NCBI RefSeq assembly: GCF_004010195.1
Contig: NC_057718.1
Location: 51,355,941 to 51,419,940, forward strand
Reading direction: 5' to 3'
Length of the DNA: 64,000 nucleotides
Source: Chiloscyllium plagiosum
Taxonomy: Eukaryota
Both the position numbers and the translations under genes were made by a program. The notes beneath the pieces are model-generated. The model was given only the letters and a program-made list of their open reading frames with translations, did not search any database and was not told the DNA's origin. Below are positions 13,280 through 26,480 of this stretch, in pieces. How positions within the stretch are numbered: position 1 is the stretch's first letter; every line of letters starts with the position of its first letter.

Positions 13280-14260
13280 ACAAGAACATAAGAAATACAG
13301 GAAATATTAGGGCACTTTGCTTTCTGAGCCTGCTCCATTATTCAGTGATGTCATGGTTGAACCTCCAACCCAAGCTCTTCTTCCTAAAACATCCCCATCT
13401 CCCCTAATTCACAAGCTGTCAAAATCTATCAATCATCATCTTCAATATACTCAATAACCAATCACCACCAGTTTTCTTTGGTTGCAAATTCCAAAGATTT
13501 ACATTCCTTTGAATATTTCTTTCTTTGTCTCTGTTTTAAATGATTGATTCATTAGTCTGAGAATGTGAATTTGTGTTCTAGATCCACTAGTTAGAAGGAA
13601 CTTTTCTTGGCAGCTAACCTGTCAAATCCCTTCAGAATTTTATATGTTTCAATTAAATCAACTCATTATTCTGCACTCCGGGGAATATAGGCTCAGTCTA
13701 CTACATCGTTCCTCATAAAAGAATCAATTCATCCCAAAAACCAACTAATCTGTATCGCAGTCGCTCCAGGGAAGTAAGTCCTACCTTAGATAAAGCAACC
13801 AAACTGTATGCAATGCTCCACATGTGGCCTAACCAATGCCCTGTATCACTGCTGTAAGGCTTCTATATGCTTACATTCTAATCCCCTTGTAATAGCAGCT
13901 CGCCCACTATTCACTTTAATGCTTGCTGTACTTGCATGTGAATGTTCTGTAATTCATGTAGACAGACATCCAGGTCAATCTGAATGCAAGAAGTTCTCAG
14001 TTTCACAATATTCCAAAAATTTTTTTTTTCCCATTTCTCAATTTTTTCAACCAAAGTGGATAACTTCACACTTCACCACATTGCATTTCTCCTGCCATAA
14101 TACTGTCCACGGAACCAACCTATCCATACCTCTCTCTCTCTCTTCATGTCCTCATTGCATATGTTCCCAATTCACCTTGTATAACTTGCAAACTTGAACA
14201 TTCAGTTCCCTCATCTAAGTCATGCTTACAGTTTGTGAATAGCTAAGACACAAATATTGA
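13280..14260 (-). mobile_element. Old CR1 LINE fragment (appears to resume at ~15810-16120)
   Basis: Degenerate reverse-strand CR1 RT C-terminal motifs (aagtggataacttcaca = C.VIHFG; tggcctaaccaatgccctgta) and a 3' tail near 13280. Confidence 0.6.
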
Positions 14261-14319
14261 TCTTTGCTATATCATTAGTTTACAGTTTGGAAAACTCAAA
14301 CCTTACTGTTAATAATCAT

Positions 14320-15810
14320 CAGAGCAAATGTAGATTAATTAAGAAGAGCCAGTATTGATTTGTTAAGGGCAAATTGTATTTAACTAACTTAATGGAGTTT
14401 TGATGAGGTAACTGAGGATTGATGAGGATCATTCTTTGATGCAGTGAACATGAATTTCTAAAAAGCATTAGATAAGCTACCACACAAAGACTTCAGGGTA
14501 ACGTTAAAGCTCATGAAATAAAATGGATAGCATAAACATAAAATTGACTGAGTGTTAGGGAACAGAGAGTAGTGGTTAATTGAAGCTTTCAGACTGTAAG
14601 AAGATATACAGTGGGGTTTCCCAGGGATTGCTCTTATGATCATTATATTTCCTGTTATACATTAATGCCCCAAGCCTTGGTATACAAAGCAAGATTTCTG
14701 AACTTACAGATGATACAAAATTTAGAAGTATTGTGAACTGCGAGGAGAATAGTGTAGATCTTTAAAAGAACACAGACCACAGATGGATGGGTGGGCACGT
14801 GGCATATGAAATTCAGTGGAAAGGAGAGTGAAGTTTAAGGTTTGCATAAAGATTTGTAACTCGGGTGCCAGTTGCCATGGTTGTGGGTATGTTTGCCGAA
14901 CTGGGAAGTTGATTTGCAAATGCTTCGTCCCTGTCTTGGTAACATCTTCAGTGCCTTGGAGCCGCCTGTGAAGCGCTGCTGTACTGCGTCTTCTGGAATT
15001 TATTTGGTTCTGTTCCTGCAGCTTCCGGTTGCTAGTTCCGTTGTTCGTTGTAGTGGCCGGTATGTTGGGTCCAGGTCTACGTGCTTGTTGAAAGCAGTGA
15101 GTCATCTTAGTGGGCAATTTCAAAAGGTGGTGCAGGACGAGTGATCTGAGTGCATTTTTGCATGAACCATTAAAGGTGTCAAGACAGCTTGAGAACATTG
15201 TAAATAAAACTTATGACATCCTCAGCTTCATTAACAGGAGGATAAAGTAAAAGGTAAAAATATTGTTGAATTTGTACAGAACAGCAGTTCTATCTTAACC
15301 AAAGGATTGCATCAAGTTTGGATGCCACACTTTAGGAACAATAAGAATTCATTAGTGAGGGTGCAGAAAAGGGTCACAAGAATGTTGCAGAAAGAAAGAA
15401 CTTCTTTCTTCTGATACATTTGAAAAATTGTGACTGTTTTCCCAAGGGAGCAAAAAAATTGGTGGAGATTTGATGGAGGTATTCAAAATTATCAAATATC
15501 ATGTCAAAATCGATGGAGATAATTGTTTGAAGGAAATCAGGAAGGCAGAGATTTAAGGCCTTTGGCAAAAGAAGCTAAATGACATAAGAAAAAAAAAGTA
15601 TTTATACAGCGATTGTTAGGATTTGGAATGTACTGCCTGAAAGTAAGGTGGAGACAAATACAAGCAAAGCATTCAATAGGGAATTATTGTCTGAAGAGAA
15701 AGAATGTGCAGGGTTGCAGTGTTCTGTGATCAATTGCTCTTTTAGTTAGCCAGTAAAGACAGCAATCAAAAGAAAAAGTTCTGTGCTGTCAATCCATTCA
15801 TTATTCCTAA
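14320..15810 (+). mobile_element. Old CR1 LINE RT region, interrupted by a Penelope fragment
   Basis: Degenerate QxxFVKGKxCLTNL, KAFDK, SGVxQG, ADDTK and GDLxEVFKI motifs. Confidence 0.65.
14840..15135 (-). mobile_element. Penelope-like 3' end/terminal repeat with hammerhead motif (third family)
   Basis: GC/CpG-richer insert in the CR1. Minus strand GCA-CTGAAGA-T-GTTACC-AAGACA-GGGAC-GAAG-CATT-TGC at 14916-14954, with stem I GCA/TGC. Confidence 0.6.
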
Positions 15811-17149
15811 ATCCATGCTAACATATTATCACCAATCCCACAAGTCCTAGGTTGGTGCAACAACTTCTTTATTGTAAGGTCTTGTTACTTTTGAAAATTC
15901 CAATATAATACATTCACTGTTAAATCCTTATCAACTAGTTGCATACTTACAGAACTATTGACAAGTTTGTCAAAGGCAATTTCCTGATCATACTCTGCTT
16001 AATCATATTATTATTTTTTAAGGGCGCTGCTACCATATCCCTAATAACAAATTTCAGCATTTTGCCTGTTAGTGATGTTCAACTAACTGGCTTCATCGCC
16101 CTTTTCTTTTGAATTGCAAAGTTATGGTTGACAGAGTATTCTTAATGGAGGTTACTTGGTAAACATGCCTCGTGGTTGGATGGAAGTCAGTTTATATTTT
16201 CCCTTTTTACTTTATAGATAAGCTCCTGTGTTAGGCTGTGAAAGTACCACATATGGTGCAATTAATATTGTGAATTGCTGTGGCCAGCTTTACTTATTTT
16301 GGAAACAGATATCAGGAACAAACTCTGAAATGGGCAAGCATTCAAAACCCAAACAAAACTCAAATGTTCATAATGAATAGTGTTTCCAACTACTGATAAA
16401 TTTATTATTTCAGGTGATCATGCTTGGAAATGAATTTCATCTGGAATTCCTGGCCAGCTCTCAATTTTCTTCCACTCTTTCCAATTGCTCCTGCTTAGTC
16501 ATGGGTTATAGGGGGCTGCGTTAGCGAGGTGAATGTTGTATCAATAGCTACAGCATGTAAGATGTACTGAACAGGAGCAGGGCAGGAGCTGTATTTGTAC
16601 AGTGTGGTTGAGCAGGACTGAGCTATTGGAGCAACAGATTAACTGCTTGGGAGCAGTGCTAGGTTTTGGGATCAGCTGAGGAGTTGTTTCAGCTGATCTA
16701 AAGTTCTGATACAGCTCCTGCTAACTGCCCTGACATGGTCCAGTTCTCACTCAAATGATCCTACATGCTGCACGAGCCAGAACAGTTAGAAGCATCAAAT
16801 GAGAGTTAACAGTAAACATGGAGTTCGAAATCTGCTCAACTACCAACTATCTGTGTGACATAGTATGAAGTCACCCTGATAACAACAAAATGCTACAGCT
16901 GATCCCAAAGCTTAAATTTAAGACTTTTCTTGAGCTGTGCCCTGAGCCATGATTCTAAGAACTTCTTACAATGATTGTAGCAACCAAACAAAAGCCACTC
17001 TGTCCTAAGCAGCTTATTTTATTTAGAAAGAATTGCCCAAGAGAATTTCTCTTATTCTATTCAGAGGAACATAAAGGCTCCTTCTAGAAATCATTTTAGG
17101 CAGATCACCATGGTACAAGCATTTCTGGCCTCCCAATGATATGCACCGA

Positions 17150-18378
17150 ATAAGACCATAAGACATAGGAGTGGAAGTAAAGCCATTCGGCCCATCGAGT
17201 CCACTCCGCCATTCATTCATGGCTGATGGGCATTTTAACTCCACTTACCTGCATTCTCCCCGGAGCCCTTAATTCCTTGTGACATCAAGAATTTATCAAT
17301 CTCTGCCTTAAAGACATTTAGCATCCCGGTCTCCACTGCACTCTGCGGCAATGAATTCCACAGGCCCACCACTCTCTGGCTGAAGAAATGTCTCCGCATT
17401 TCTGTTCTGAATTTACCCCCTCTAATTCTAAGGCTGTTTCCACGGGCCCTAGTCTCCTCGCCTAACGGAAACAATTTCCTAGCGTCCACCCTCTCTAAGT
17501 CATGTATTATCTTGTAAGTTTCTATTAGATCTCCCCTTAATCTTCTAAACACCAATGAATACAATCCCAAGATCCTCAGCCGTTCCTCATATGTTAGACC
17601 TACCATTCCAGGGATCATTCGTGTGACACGCTCCAGTGCCAGTATGTCCTTCCTGAGGTGTGGGGACCAAAACTGGACACAGTACTCCAAATGGGGCCTA
17701 AACAGAGCTTTATAAAGTCTCAGTAGCACAACGGTGCTTTTATATTCCAACCCTCTTGAGATAAATGACAACATTGCATTTGCTTTCTTAATTACGGACT
17801 CAACCTGCATGTTTACCTTTAGAGAATCCACGACTAGCATTCCCAGATCCCTTTGTACTTTGGCTTTATGAATTTTCTCACCGTTTAGAAAGTAGTCCAT
17901 GCTTGTATTCTTTTTTCCAAAGTGCAAGACCTCGCATTTGCTCACAGTGAATTCCATTAGCCATTTCCTGGACCACTCCCAAACTGTCTAGATCCTTCTG
18001 CAGCCTCCTCACTTCCTCAGTACTACTTGCCTGTCCCCCTAACTTTGTATCATCCGCAAACTTTGCTAGAATGCCCCCAGTCCCTTCATCCAGATCATTA
18101 ATATATAACGTGAACAGCTGCGGCCCCAACACTGAACCCTGCGGGACACCGCTTGTCACCGGCTGCCATTCCAAAAAAGAACCTTTTATCCCAACTCTCT
18201 GCCTTCTGTCAGACAGCCAATCCTCAATCTATACCAGTAGCTCACCTCGAACACCATGGGCCCTCACCTTGCTCAGCAGCCTCCCGTGTGGCACCTTATC
18301 AAAGGCCTTTTGGAAGTCTAGATAGACCACATCCACTGGGTTTCCCTGGTCTAACCTACTTGTCACCTCTTCAAAGAA
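17150..18378 (-). mobile_element. Young 5'-truncated CR1 LINE (RT domain to 3' tail)
   Basis: ORFs 17878-18174 ([17 protein letters not shown]) and 17235-17957 ([34 protein letters not shown]) joined by a frameshift; (TCTTATGG)-type tail near 17150. Confidence 0.95.
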
Positions 18379-18439
18379 TAAGCAAAAATCTTTGCTGGAG
18401 ATGTAATGTTATAAACCTGTCTAAACACGATTTTGTATT

Positions 18440-19630
18440 CACTTTAATTTATTCATTTGGGCATCACTGGCTGGGCCAGCATTTATAGTCCATCCCACGT
18501 TGCCCTTGAGCAGGTGGTGGGTGAGCTGTCTTGTTAAATCACTGCAGTCAATTTGCTGTCGGTAGACTAATAATGCCAATGGAGAGGGAATTCCAGGATT
18601 TTAACCCAGCGACCCCAAAGAAACAGCAACAGATTTCAAAGTCAGATTGGTGAATGGTTTGGAGGGGAACTTGCAGATGGTGTTCATTGTCCTCCCAGGT
18701 GATAACTGAGGAGCTTTGATATAATTCTGCAACTCATCTTGTAGATTGTATACACAGCTGCTACAGAGCACTGCTGGTGGAGAGATTGAACATTTGTGAA
18801 TGTGGTGTCAATCAATTGGGCTGCTTTGTCCTGGACGGTGTCAAGCTTCTTGGGTGTTGTTGGAGCTGCACCCATCCACACAAGTGGGGAGTATTTCATT
18901 GCACTCCTGACTCATGCCTTGTGCTGGGCAGAATTTGGGGAATCGAGAGGTGAGTTACTCATTTCAAGATTCCTAGTCTCTGATTTGCTTTTGTAGCTAC
19001 CATACTTAAATGGTCAGTCCAGGTTTGTTTCTTGTCAATGATAAGCCCCCGGTTGTTGATATTGGGGTAATTAGTAATGGCATTGACATTGAATGTCAAG
19101 GGGCAATGATTAGATTCATTTGTTGGAGATGGTCATTGCCTGGCATTTATGTGGCATGAATGCTATTTGCCACATGTCATCTCAAACCTGGAAACTGTCC
19201 AGGTCTTGCTGTATTTGAACATGGGATTGCTTCTCTATCTAAGAAATCATGAATGGTACTTAACATTGCGCAATCATTAGAAAACATTCCTACTTCTGAC
19301 GAACGGAAGATCATGAATGGAGCAGTTGGAGATGGTTGGGCCTACGACATTATCCTGAAGAACACATGCAGAGATGTCCTGGAGCTAAGATGTGATTTCC
19401 AAACACCACAACCACCTTCCTTTGTGCCAGATATGCCTCCAACCAAGAGAGAATTTCTTCACTAATTCCCACCGACTCCAATTTTGCTAGGGCTCCTTAA
19501 TGCCAGACTCAGTTAAATAAAGCTGAATAGCCCTGCCAGAACCCAAACTGACCATCAGTGAGCAGGTTATTGATAAGCAAGTGCTGTTTAATAGCGCTGT
19601 TGATGACATCTTCCATCACTATACTCATGG
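18440..19630 (-). mobile_element. CR1/L2-clade LINE 3' fragment
   Basis: Minus-strand remnant MKYSPLVWMGAAPTTPKKLDTVQDKAA..SLHQQCSVAAVYTIYKM, typical of a LINE ORF2 C-terminus. A similar tail occurs at 26890-27130, 32330-32780 and 34850-35015. Confidence 0.7.
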
Positions 19631-20613
19631 TCCAAAGTCTCTAAACCTTCATCCTTTTACTGTATGCAACAAGACAACATTACTTTTAATTTCTAAATGT
19701 CTATAACTCTATTCCAGTCTTTTAATGGGTTTATGCTTTTTATCTCAACTGACCTTAACTTATTTTTTACATGGCGCTGGAAGGCAGACACACTTGTTTG
19801 TTTAATGCAGATTATGATCTTTGCCACACAATTGACTGATGCATGCCGCAATGATAAAATTGTGTTCAGCTGAGTTTTTTTCCTTAAATCAGAAAGTGAC
19901 ATCCAAAGCAAAGCATCCTCACAATTTGAATGAAATGCATATAGATTACATGGAGATATAAATGTGGAATTTGTTGAAAATACTGTTCAAAGACCTGCAT
20001 GAGTACACTTCAGAAAGTATTTCTTTGGTTATGAGGGGCTTTGGGATGTCCTGAATTTATGAAAAGTGTGATATAATGCGTGATTCCCGCAAATTCCATG
20101 AGCACCAATTACTGCTTTATATGCTATTACAATGTTTTGGAACTTTGCAGAAAACAAAAATTCAAAACAATGGCACTTTTAAAGGGAGAGGAACAGACAG
20201 CACATGGTCAGGTCAGAGCAGGAGAAAGAGAGAGAAAGAAACCCACATTGCAAACTGACACAGCAGTGAACCTGCGCAGTTACTGCCTTTGCTGCTGCAT
20301 TCATGTATCGCTGGACAACGGAGTGTTTGTGGGAAATTAACAAACAGCGAAATTCACAACTGATCTTGGGAGGAACCTATTTGGGAGAGGTCACAGCACA
20401 GAAACTGATAAGTGTATAGTTCTAAGTGTGGCAGTGCTATAAGTCTGCAGTAGAGAGTCGAGTGGGTTCTACCTTGATTATGTGTTTTTTTGAGATATGT
20501 CTCTTGATTAAACTTAAAATATAATCCGCAAGTATTAAGTTAGCCTGGAACAGTGTTTTGTAGAGGAATAAGACAATGCTATTTTCTGGGTCTGCAGACT
20601 GGAAGAAGCAAAA

Positions 20614-21528
20614 ATGGCCCTTAGTAAAGTGATATGCTCTTCTTGTCGAATGTGGAAGTTTAGGGAGAGCTTACATGTTACTGAGGATTATATCTGCAAA
20701 AATGTCATTGGTTGCAAATCATATCAGATCAAATGGAGCGGTTGGAGCAACAGTTAGAGGCATTGAGGAATTTTCAAGAGCTAGGGGAGTGTGACGGATG
20801 GCAGTTATAGGAAGGGAGAAAAGCTGCAGATACTGTCACATAAATGGGTTAACTCCAACAAAGGTAAGAGAGGTAGGCGGGTTGTACAGGAGACTTCTGT
20901 GTCTATCCCCATTTCAAACAAGTATGCTGTTTTCAAAAATGTAAGGGGTGATGGATTCTCATGAGAAAGAAGGACAAACAGCAAGTTTCTGGTATTGAGT
21001 CTGGCTGAGGGGTAGAGGGGTACATTGGGCTCCAAGAGATCAATTGTGTTAGGGGATTCTCTAGTCCGAGGCATAGACAGAAATTTCTGCTGCCAACAGC
21101 GAAAAATCAGAATGGTTGTTGCCTCCCTGGTGCCAGGATCAAGGATGTCTCAGAGAGGGTGCAGAATGTTCTCAAGGGGGAGAGGGGCCAACAGGAGGTC
21201 ATTGTATACATTGGAACCAAAGGATGAGATTCCAAAGGGAAATTACAGAGAGTTCGACAGGAATTTAAAAAGGAGGTCCTCGAGAATAGTAACATTTGAA
21301 TAACTCCTGGTGCTACGAGCTAGTGAGGGCAGGAATAGGAGGATAGAGCAGATGAATGCATGGCTGAGGAGCTGGTGTATGGGAGAAGGATTCACATTTT
21401 TGGATCATTGGAATCTCTTTTAGGGTAGAAGTGACTTGTACAAGAAGAACGGATTGCACCTAAATTGGAAGTGGACTAATATATGGGCAGGGAAAATTGC
21501 TAGAGTTGCTTCGGAAGATTTAAACTAG
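20614..21528 (+). pseudogene. CR1 ORF1 remnant: zinc finger/coiled coil + SGNH/GDSL esterase
   Basis: MALSKVICSSCRMW..YICKKCHWLQ..MERLEQQLEALR, then IVLGDSLVRGID and (N/D)GLHLN; frameshifted. Confidence 0.8.
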
Positions 21529-21679
21529 TAAGGTGGTGGTGGTGGTGGTGGAGGGAGGTGGGACCCGGGGAGATAGTAAGGAAAGAGATCAATCTGAGAC
21601 TGAGACAGTTGAGAAAAGAGGTGAGTCAAACAGTCAGGGCAGGCAGGGACAAAGCAGAAAACAGGGTAGGACTGATCAA

Positions 21680-24430
21680 GTAAACTGCATTTATTTCAAT
21701 GCAAGAGGCCTAACAGGGAAGGCAGATGAACTCAGGGCATGGTTAGAAACATGGGACTGGGATATCATAGCAATTACAGAAGCATGGCACAGGGATGGAC
21801 AGGATTGGCAGCTTAATGTTCCAGGATACAAATGCAACAGGAAAGAGAGAAAGGGAGGCAAGAGAGGAGGGAGAGTGGCATTTTTGATCAGAGATAGCAT
21901 TACAGCTGTACTGAGGGAGGATATTCCGAAATGCATCCAGGGAAGTTATTTGGGTGGAACTGAGAAATAAGAAAGGGATGATCACCTTATTGGGATTGTA
22001 TTATAGACCCCCGAATAGTCAGAGGGAAATTGAGAAACAGATTTGTAAGATCTCAGTTATCTATAAGAATAACAGGGTGATTATGGTAGGGGATTTTAAC
22101 TTTCCAAACATAGAGCGGGACTGCCATATTGTTAAGGGTTTAGATGGAGAGGAATTTGTTAAGTGTGTACAAGAAAAGTTTCTGATTCACTATGTGGATG
22201 TACCTACTAGAAAAGATGCAAAACTTGACCTACTCTTGGGAAATAAGGCAGGACAGGTGACTGAGATGTCAGTGGGGGAACACTTTGGTGCCAGCGACCA
22301 TAATTCTATTAGTTTTAAAATAGTGATGGAAAAGTATAGACCAGATCTAACAGTTGAAGTTCTAAATTGGAGAAAGGCTAATTTTGACGGTATTGGACAA
22401 GAACTTTCAAAACCTGATTGGGTGCAGATGTTCACAGGTAAAGGGACGGCCGGAAAATGGGAAGTCTTCAGAAATGAAATAACGAGAGTCCAGAGACAAT
22501 ATATTCCTGTTAGGGTGAAAGGAAAGGCTGGTAGGTATAGGGAATGATGGATGACTGAAGAAATTGAGGGTTTGGTTAGATAAAAGAAGGAAGCATATGT
22601 CAGGTATGGACAGGATAGATCGAGTGAATCCTTAGAAGAGAATAAAGGCAGTAAGTGCAAATTTAAGAGGGACATCAGGAGGGCGAAAAGGGGACATGAG
22701 ATAGCTTTGGCAAATAGAGTTAAGGAGAATCCAAAGGGTTTTTACAAATACATTAAGGACAAAATGGTAACTAGGGAGAGAATAGGGCCCCTCAAAGATC
22801 AGCAAGGCTGCCTTTGTGTGGAGCCATAGGAGATGGGGGAGATACGAAATGAGTATTTTGCATCAGTGTTTACTGTGGAGAAGAACATGGAAGATATATG
22901 ATATTGGGAAATAGATGGTGACATCTTGAAAGATGTCCATATTACAGAGGCGGAAGTGCTGGATGTCTTGAAAAACATAAAAGCGGATCAATCCCCAGGA
23001 CCTGATCAGTTGTACCCGAGAACTCTGTGGGAAGCTTGGGAAGTGATTTTTGGGTCCCTTGCTGAGATATTTGTATCATTGATAGTCACAGGTTAGGTGC
23101 CAGATGACTGGAAGTTGGCTAACATGGTACCACTATTTAAGAAGGGTGGTAAGGACAAGCCAGAAAATTATAGGCCAGTGAGCCAGATGTCGGTGGTGGT
23201 CAAGTTATTGGAGGGAATCCTGAGAGTAAGGATGTGCATGTATTTGAAAAAGCAAGGACTGATTCAGGATGGTCAACATGGCTTTGTGCATGGGAAATCA
23301 TGTCTCGCAAACTTGATTGAGTTTTTCAAGAAGTAACAAAGAGGATTGATGAGGGCAAAGCAGTAGATGTGATCTATATGGACTTCAGTAAGGCGTTGAC
23401 AAGATTTCCCAAGGGAAACTGGTTAGCAAGGTTAGATCTCATGGAATACAGGGAGAACTAGCTATTTGGATACAGAACTGGCTCAAAGATAGGAGACAGA
23501 GGGTGGTGGTGGACGGTTGTTTTTCAGACTCAAGGCCTGTGACCAGTAGAGTACCACAAGGATCGGTGCTGGGTGCACTACTTTTCATTATTTATATAAA
23601 TGATTTAGATGTGAGCATAGGAGGTGTAGTTAGTAAGTTTGCAGGTGACAGCAAAATTGGAGGTGTGGACAGCGAGGTGTGGATTACCTCAGATTACAAT
23701 GGGATCTTGATCAGATGGGCCAATGTGCTGAGGAGTGGCAGATGGAATTTACTTTAGATAAATGTAAGGTGCTGCATTTTGGGAAAGCAAATTTTAACAG
23801 GACTTACACACTCAATGGTAAGGTCCTAGGGAGTGTTGCTGAACAAAGAGACCTTGGAGTGCAGGTTCATAGCTCCTTGAAAGTAGAACCGCAGGTAGAT
23901 AGGATAGTGAAGAAGGCGTTGGGTAGGCTTTCCTTTATTGGTCAGAGTATTGAGTACAGGAGTTAGGAGGTCATGTTGCGGCTACATAGGACATTGGTTA
24001 GGCCACTGTTGGAATATTGCGTGCAATTCTGGTCTCCTTCCTATCGGAAGAATGTTGTGAAACTTGAAAGGGTTCAGAAAAGATTTACAAGGATGTTGCC
24101 AGGGTTGGAGGATTTGAGCCAGAGGGACAGTTGAATAGGCTGAGGCTGTTTTCCCTGGAATATCAGAGGCTGAGGGGGAACCTTATAAAGGTTTATAGAA
24201 TCATGATGGGCATGGATAGAATAAATAGACAAGTCTTTTCCCTGGGTGTGGAGTCCAGAACGAGAGTGCATAGTTTTATGGTAAGAGTGTAAAATTACAA
24301 AGGAGACCTAAGAGGCAACTTTTCCACGCAGAGGGTGGTATGTGTCCAGAGTGAGCTGCCAGAGGAAGTGGTGGAAGCTAGTACAATTGCAATGTTTAAA
24401 AGTTTTTGGATGGGTATATGAATAGGAAGG
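21680..24430 (+). pseudogene. CR1 ORF2 remnant: APE endonuclease + reverse transcriptase
   Basis: [72 protein letters not shown]; several stops. Confidence 0.9.
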
Positions 24431-25089
24431 GTTTAGAGGGATCTGGGCCAAGTACTGGCAGGTAGGACTAGATTAGTTTGGGATATCTGGTTGGCATGGA
24501 CGAGTCGGACTGAAAGGTCTTTTTTCGTGCTGTACATCCCTATGACTCTATGACTCTAATTGAGTCTTTTTTGGGAAAAGTGAGAAATACATAATCAGAA
24601 TGCAACAACTGGACAAACAGCCATTAGACTTTCCTTTGTTCTCAATCAGCAGTCTAATTTGCTGAATCTGATTCATTTTAACTAGCCCCTGTAAAAATGA
24701 GATAACATTTCTTTGTTAGGATGTGAGCAACTATTTTATAAATATTCTTTTATCCAAATATTATTTACAAATGTGCAAACAATTAATTACAGATAGGTAA
24801 ACATTATTTAATTTGCTTGAAATTGGTTAAATGCTTTAATTCAGAGCACGTTAAAAATCAGCTTTATGTTTCTAAATTATTGTGCATTTTTCAACCTGCT
24901 CCATAGTTCTGGATAAATTGATGTTTACAATGCCAATCTGTCTGCTTTACACATTTCAGAATGAAAGAAGTAAACAATTTGCACTTACACTGTATCTTTC
25001 ACAGTCTCAGGACATTCCTACAGTCAGTGAGTACTTTCAAACTACAAACACTGTCCTAATTTTGAAATGTGCCAGGCACATGTGTACAT

Positions 25090-26195
25090 GGTAGACAAGC
25101 AGGAGGCTGGAAGAAGACAGCAAGGGAGGTGGAGAAGTCAACATTTCGGGTGTAACCCTTCTTCAGGACTGGGTATGGGTGTAAGGGGAGCTGCAAATAA
25201 AGGGGGGTGTAGCGCAAGAGGGAAGGTGGGGGAGGGAGGGCGGGCAGGGTGGTGAGGTAGGGATAGGTGAGGAATGAATCCTCACTGGTAGCTGGTCAAA
25301 AGGGTCGAGCAGAGGAACGATGGGAGGGGGAGGGGCTGCGAAGGGAGTTGGGTGATAGGAAGGGAGCTTATTTGAAATTGGAGAGCTCAATGTTGAGTCG
25401 TCTGGGCTGACAGCTGCCCAGGTGGAAGATGAGGTGTTGTTCCTTCACTTTGCAGTCTGATTCGCAATGGAGGAGACCAACGATGATCATGTTGGAAAGG
25501 GAGTGGGAAGGGGAAATAAAATGGGCGGTGACTGTGAGGTCAGGTCAGCCCCTGTGGGCCTGGCTGAGATGCTCAGTGAAACATGGCCTATGTTTACATT
25601 CGGTCTCCCCGATGTAGAGAGACCACATCGGGAGTACAGGACATAGTAAACTAGGTTGGAGGAGGTGCAGATGAATGCCCATCTCACCTGGAAGGACTGT
25701 TTGGGGGTCTCGATGGAGATGAGGGTGGTGGTGTGCCGGTAGGTTTTGCATCTTTTCCAGTTGCAGAGGAGGAGATGTTGGTGGGGAGAGTGGCATGAAC
25801 TAAGGATTGGTGTAGGGAATGGTCCTTGCCAAAGGCGGAGAGGACTGGGGAGGGGAAGACATTCTCAAACAGCCATTAGAGCCACAGCGAGGTGGTGGGG
25901 TTCAACTGGAGTTGGCAGAAGTGTTTAAAGATGATACATTGAATGCAGAGACTGGTGGGGTGATAGTTGAGGAGAAGTGTGACCCTGCCTTTATTGTGTT
26001 TGCGGGGGTTGGGGATGCAGTTTACAGCAGTTTGGAGTGGGGAATGGAGGCAGTGTGGTGGAGGGATGTCTGGATGCAGTGGAAAAAAAAGCACACTGTT
26101 CAAAATCGGTGGATATCTGGGATGCTTGGGAGTGGAATGTCTCCTCGTCCGAGCAGATGCGGCGGAGGTGGAGGAATAGGGAGAATGGCAGCAAC
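25090..26195 (-). mobile_element. Penelope-like element 3' part (RT tail + GIY-YIG endonuclease + terminal repeat with hammerhead)
   Basis: Remnants LPFSLFLHLRRICSDEETF, FICTSSNLVY..SRCG and LYIGET. Hammerhead GTC-CTGAAGA-A-GGGT-TAC-ACCC-GAAA-TGTT-GAC at 25138-25169. Likely TSD GTGTACA at 25082-25088 and 26196-26202. Confidence 0.85.
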
Positions 26196-26480
26196 GTGTA
26201 CACAGCAAGCTTCCACAAAACCAACATGACAATATCAGATAATCTGTTTTTATGATGTTGTTTAAGTCATAAAAGATGTGTCAAGACACTGGGGATAACT
26301 ACTTTAGTTGTCTTGAAAATAGTGTCATCTGATCTTTAAATCTACCCAGCTAGTAGATGGATTTTTAGTTTAATGTCTCACACAAAAGCTGGCACTTCCA
26401 ACAGTGTAAGATTCCCTCATTATTGCTCCATAAAGTCAGCCTGGAATTTTGTGCTTTAATCTCTAGAATGCGATTTCAAT
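26196..26480 (-). mobile_element. Deu-domain SINE (SacSINE1/AmnSINE1-like), split by the Penelope insertion; remainder at ~25000-25089
   Basis: Degenerate reverse-complement Deu core (..cacttccaacagtgtaagattccctcattattgctcca..gtcagcctggaattttgtgct). Similar fragments at ~26610-26800, ~19960-20085 and ~46080-46640. Confidence 0.55.

Larger units (their letters stand above)
20190..24558 (+). mobile_element. Near full-length CR1 LINE (5'UTR, ORF1, ORF2, tail), inactivated
   Basis: Continuous CR1 architecture ending in CTATGACTCTATGACTCTA at ~24540-24558; multiple stops and frameshifts. The 5' boundary is approximate. Confidence 0.9.

Noticed and set aside
16150..17000. Possible Harbinger transposase relic (also ~4200-4800)
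   Set aside because: Only faint motif hints; too degenerate to support by eye.
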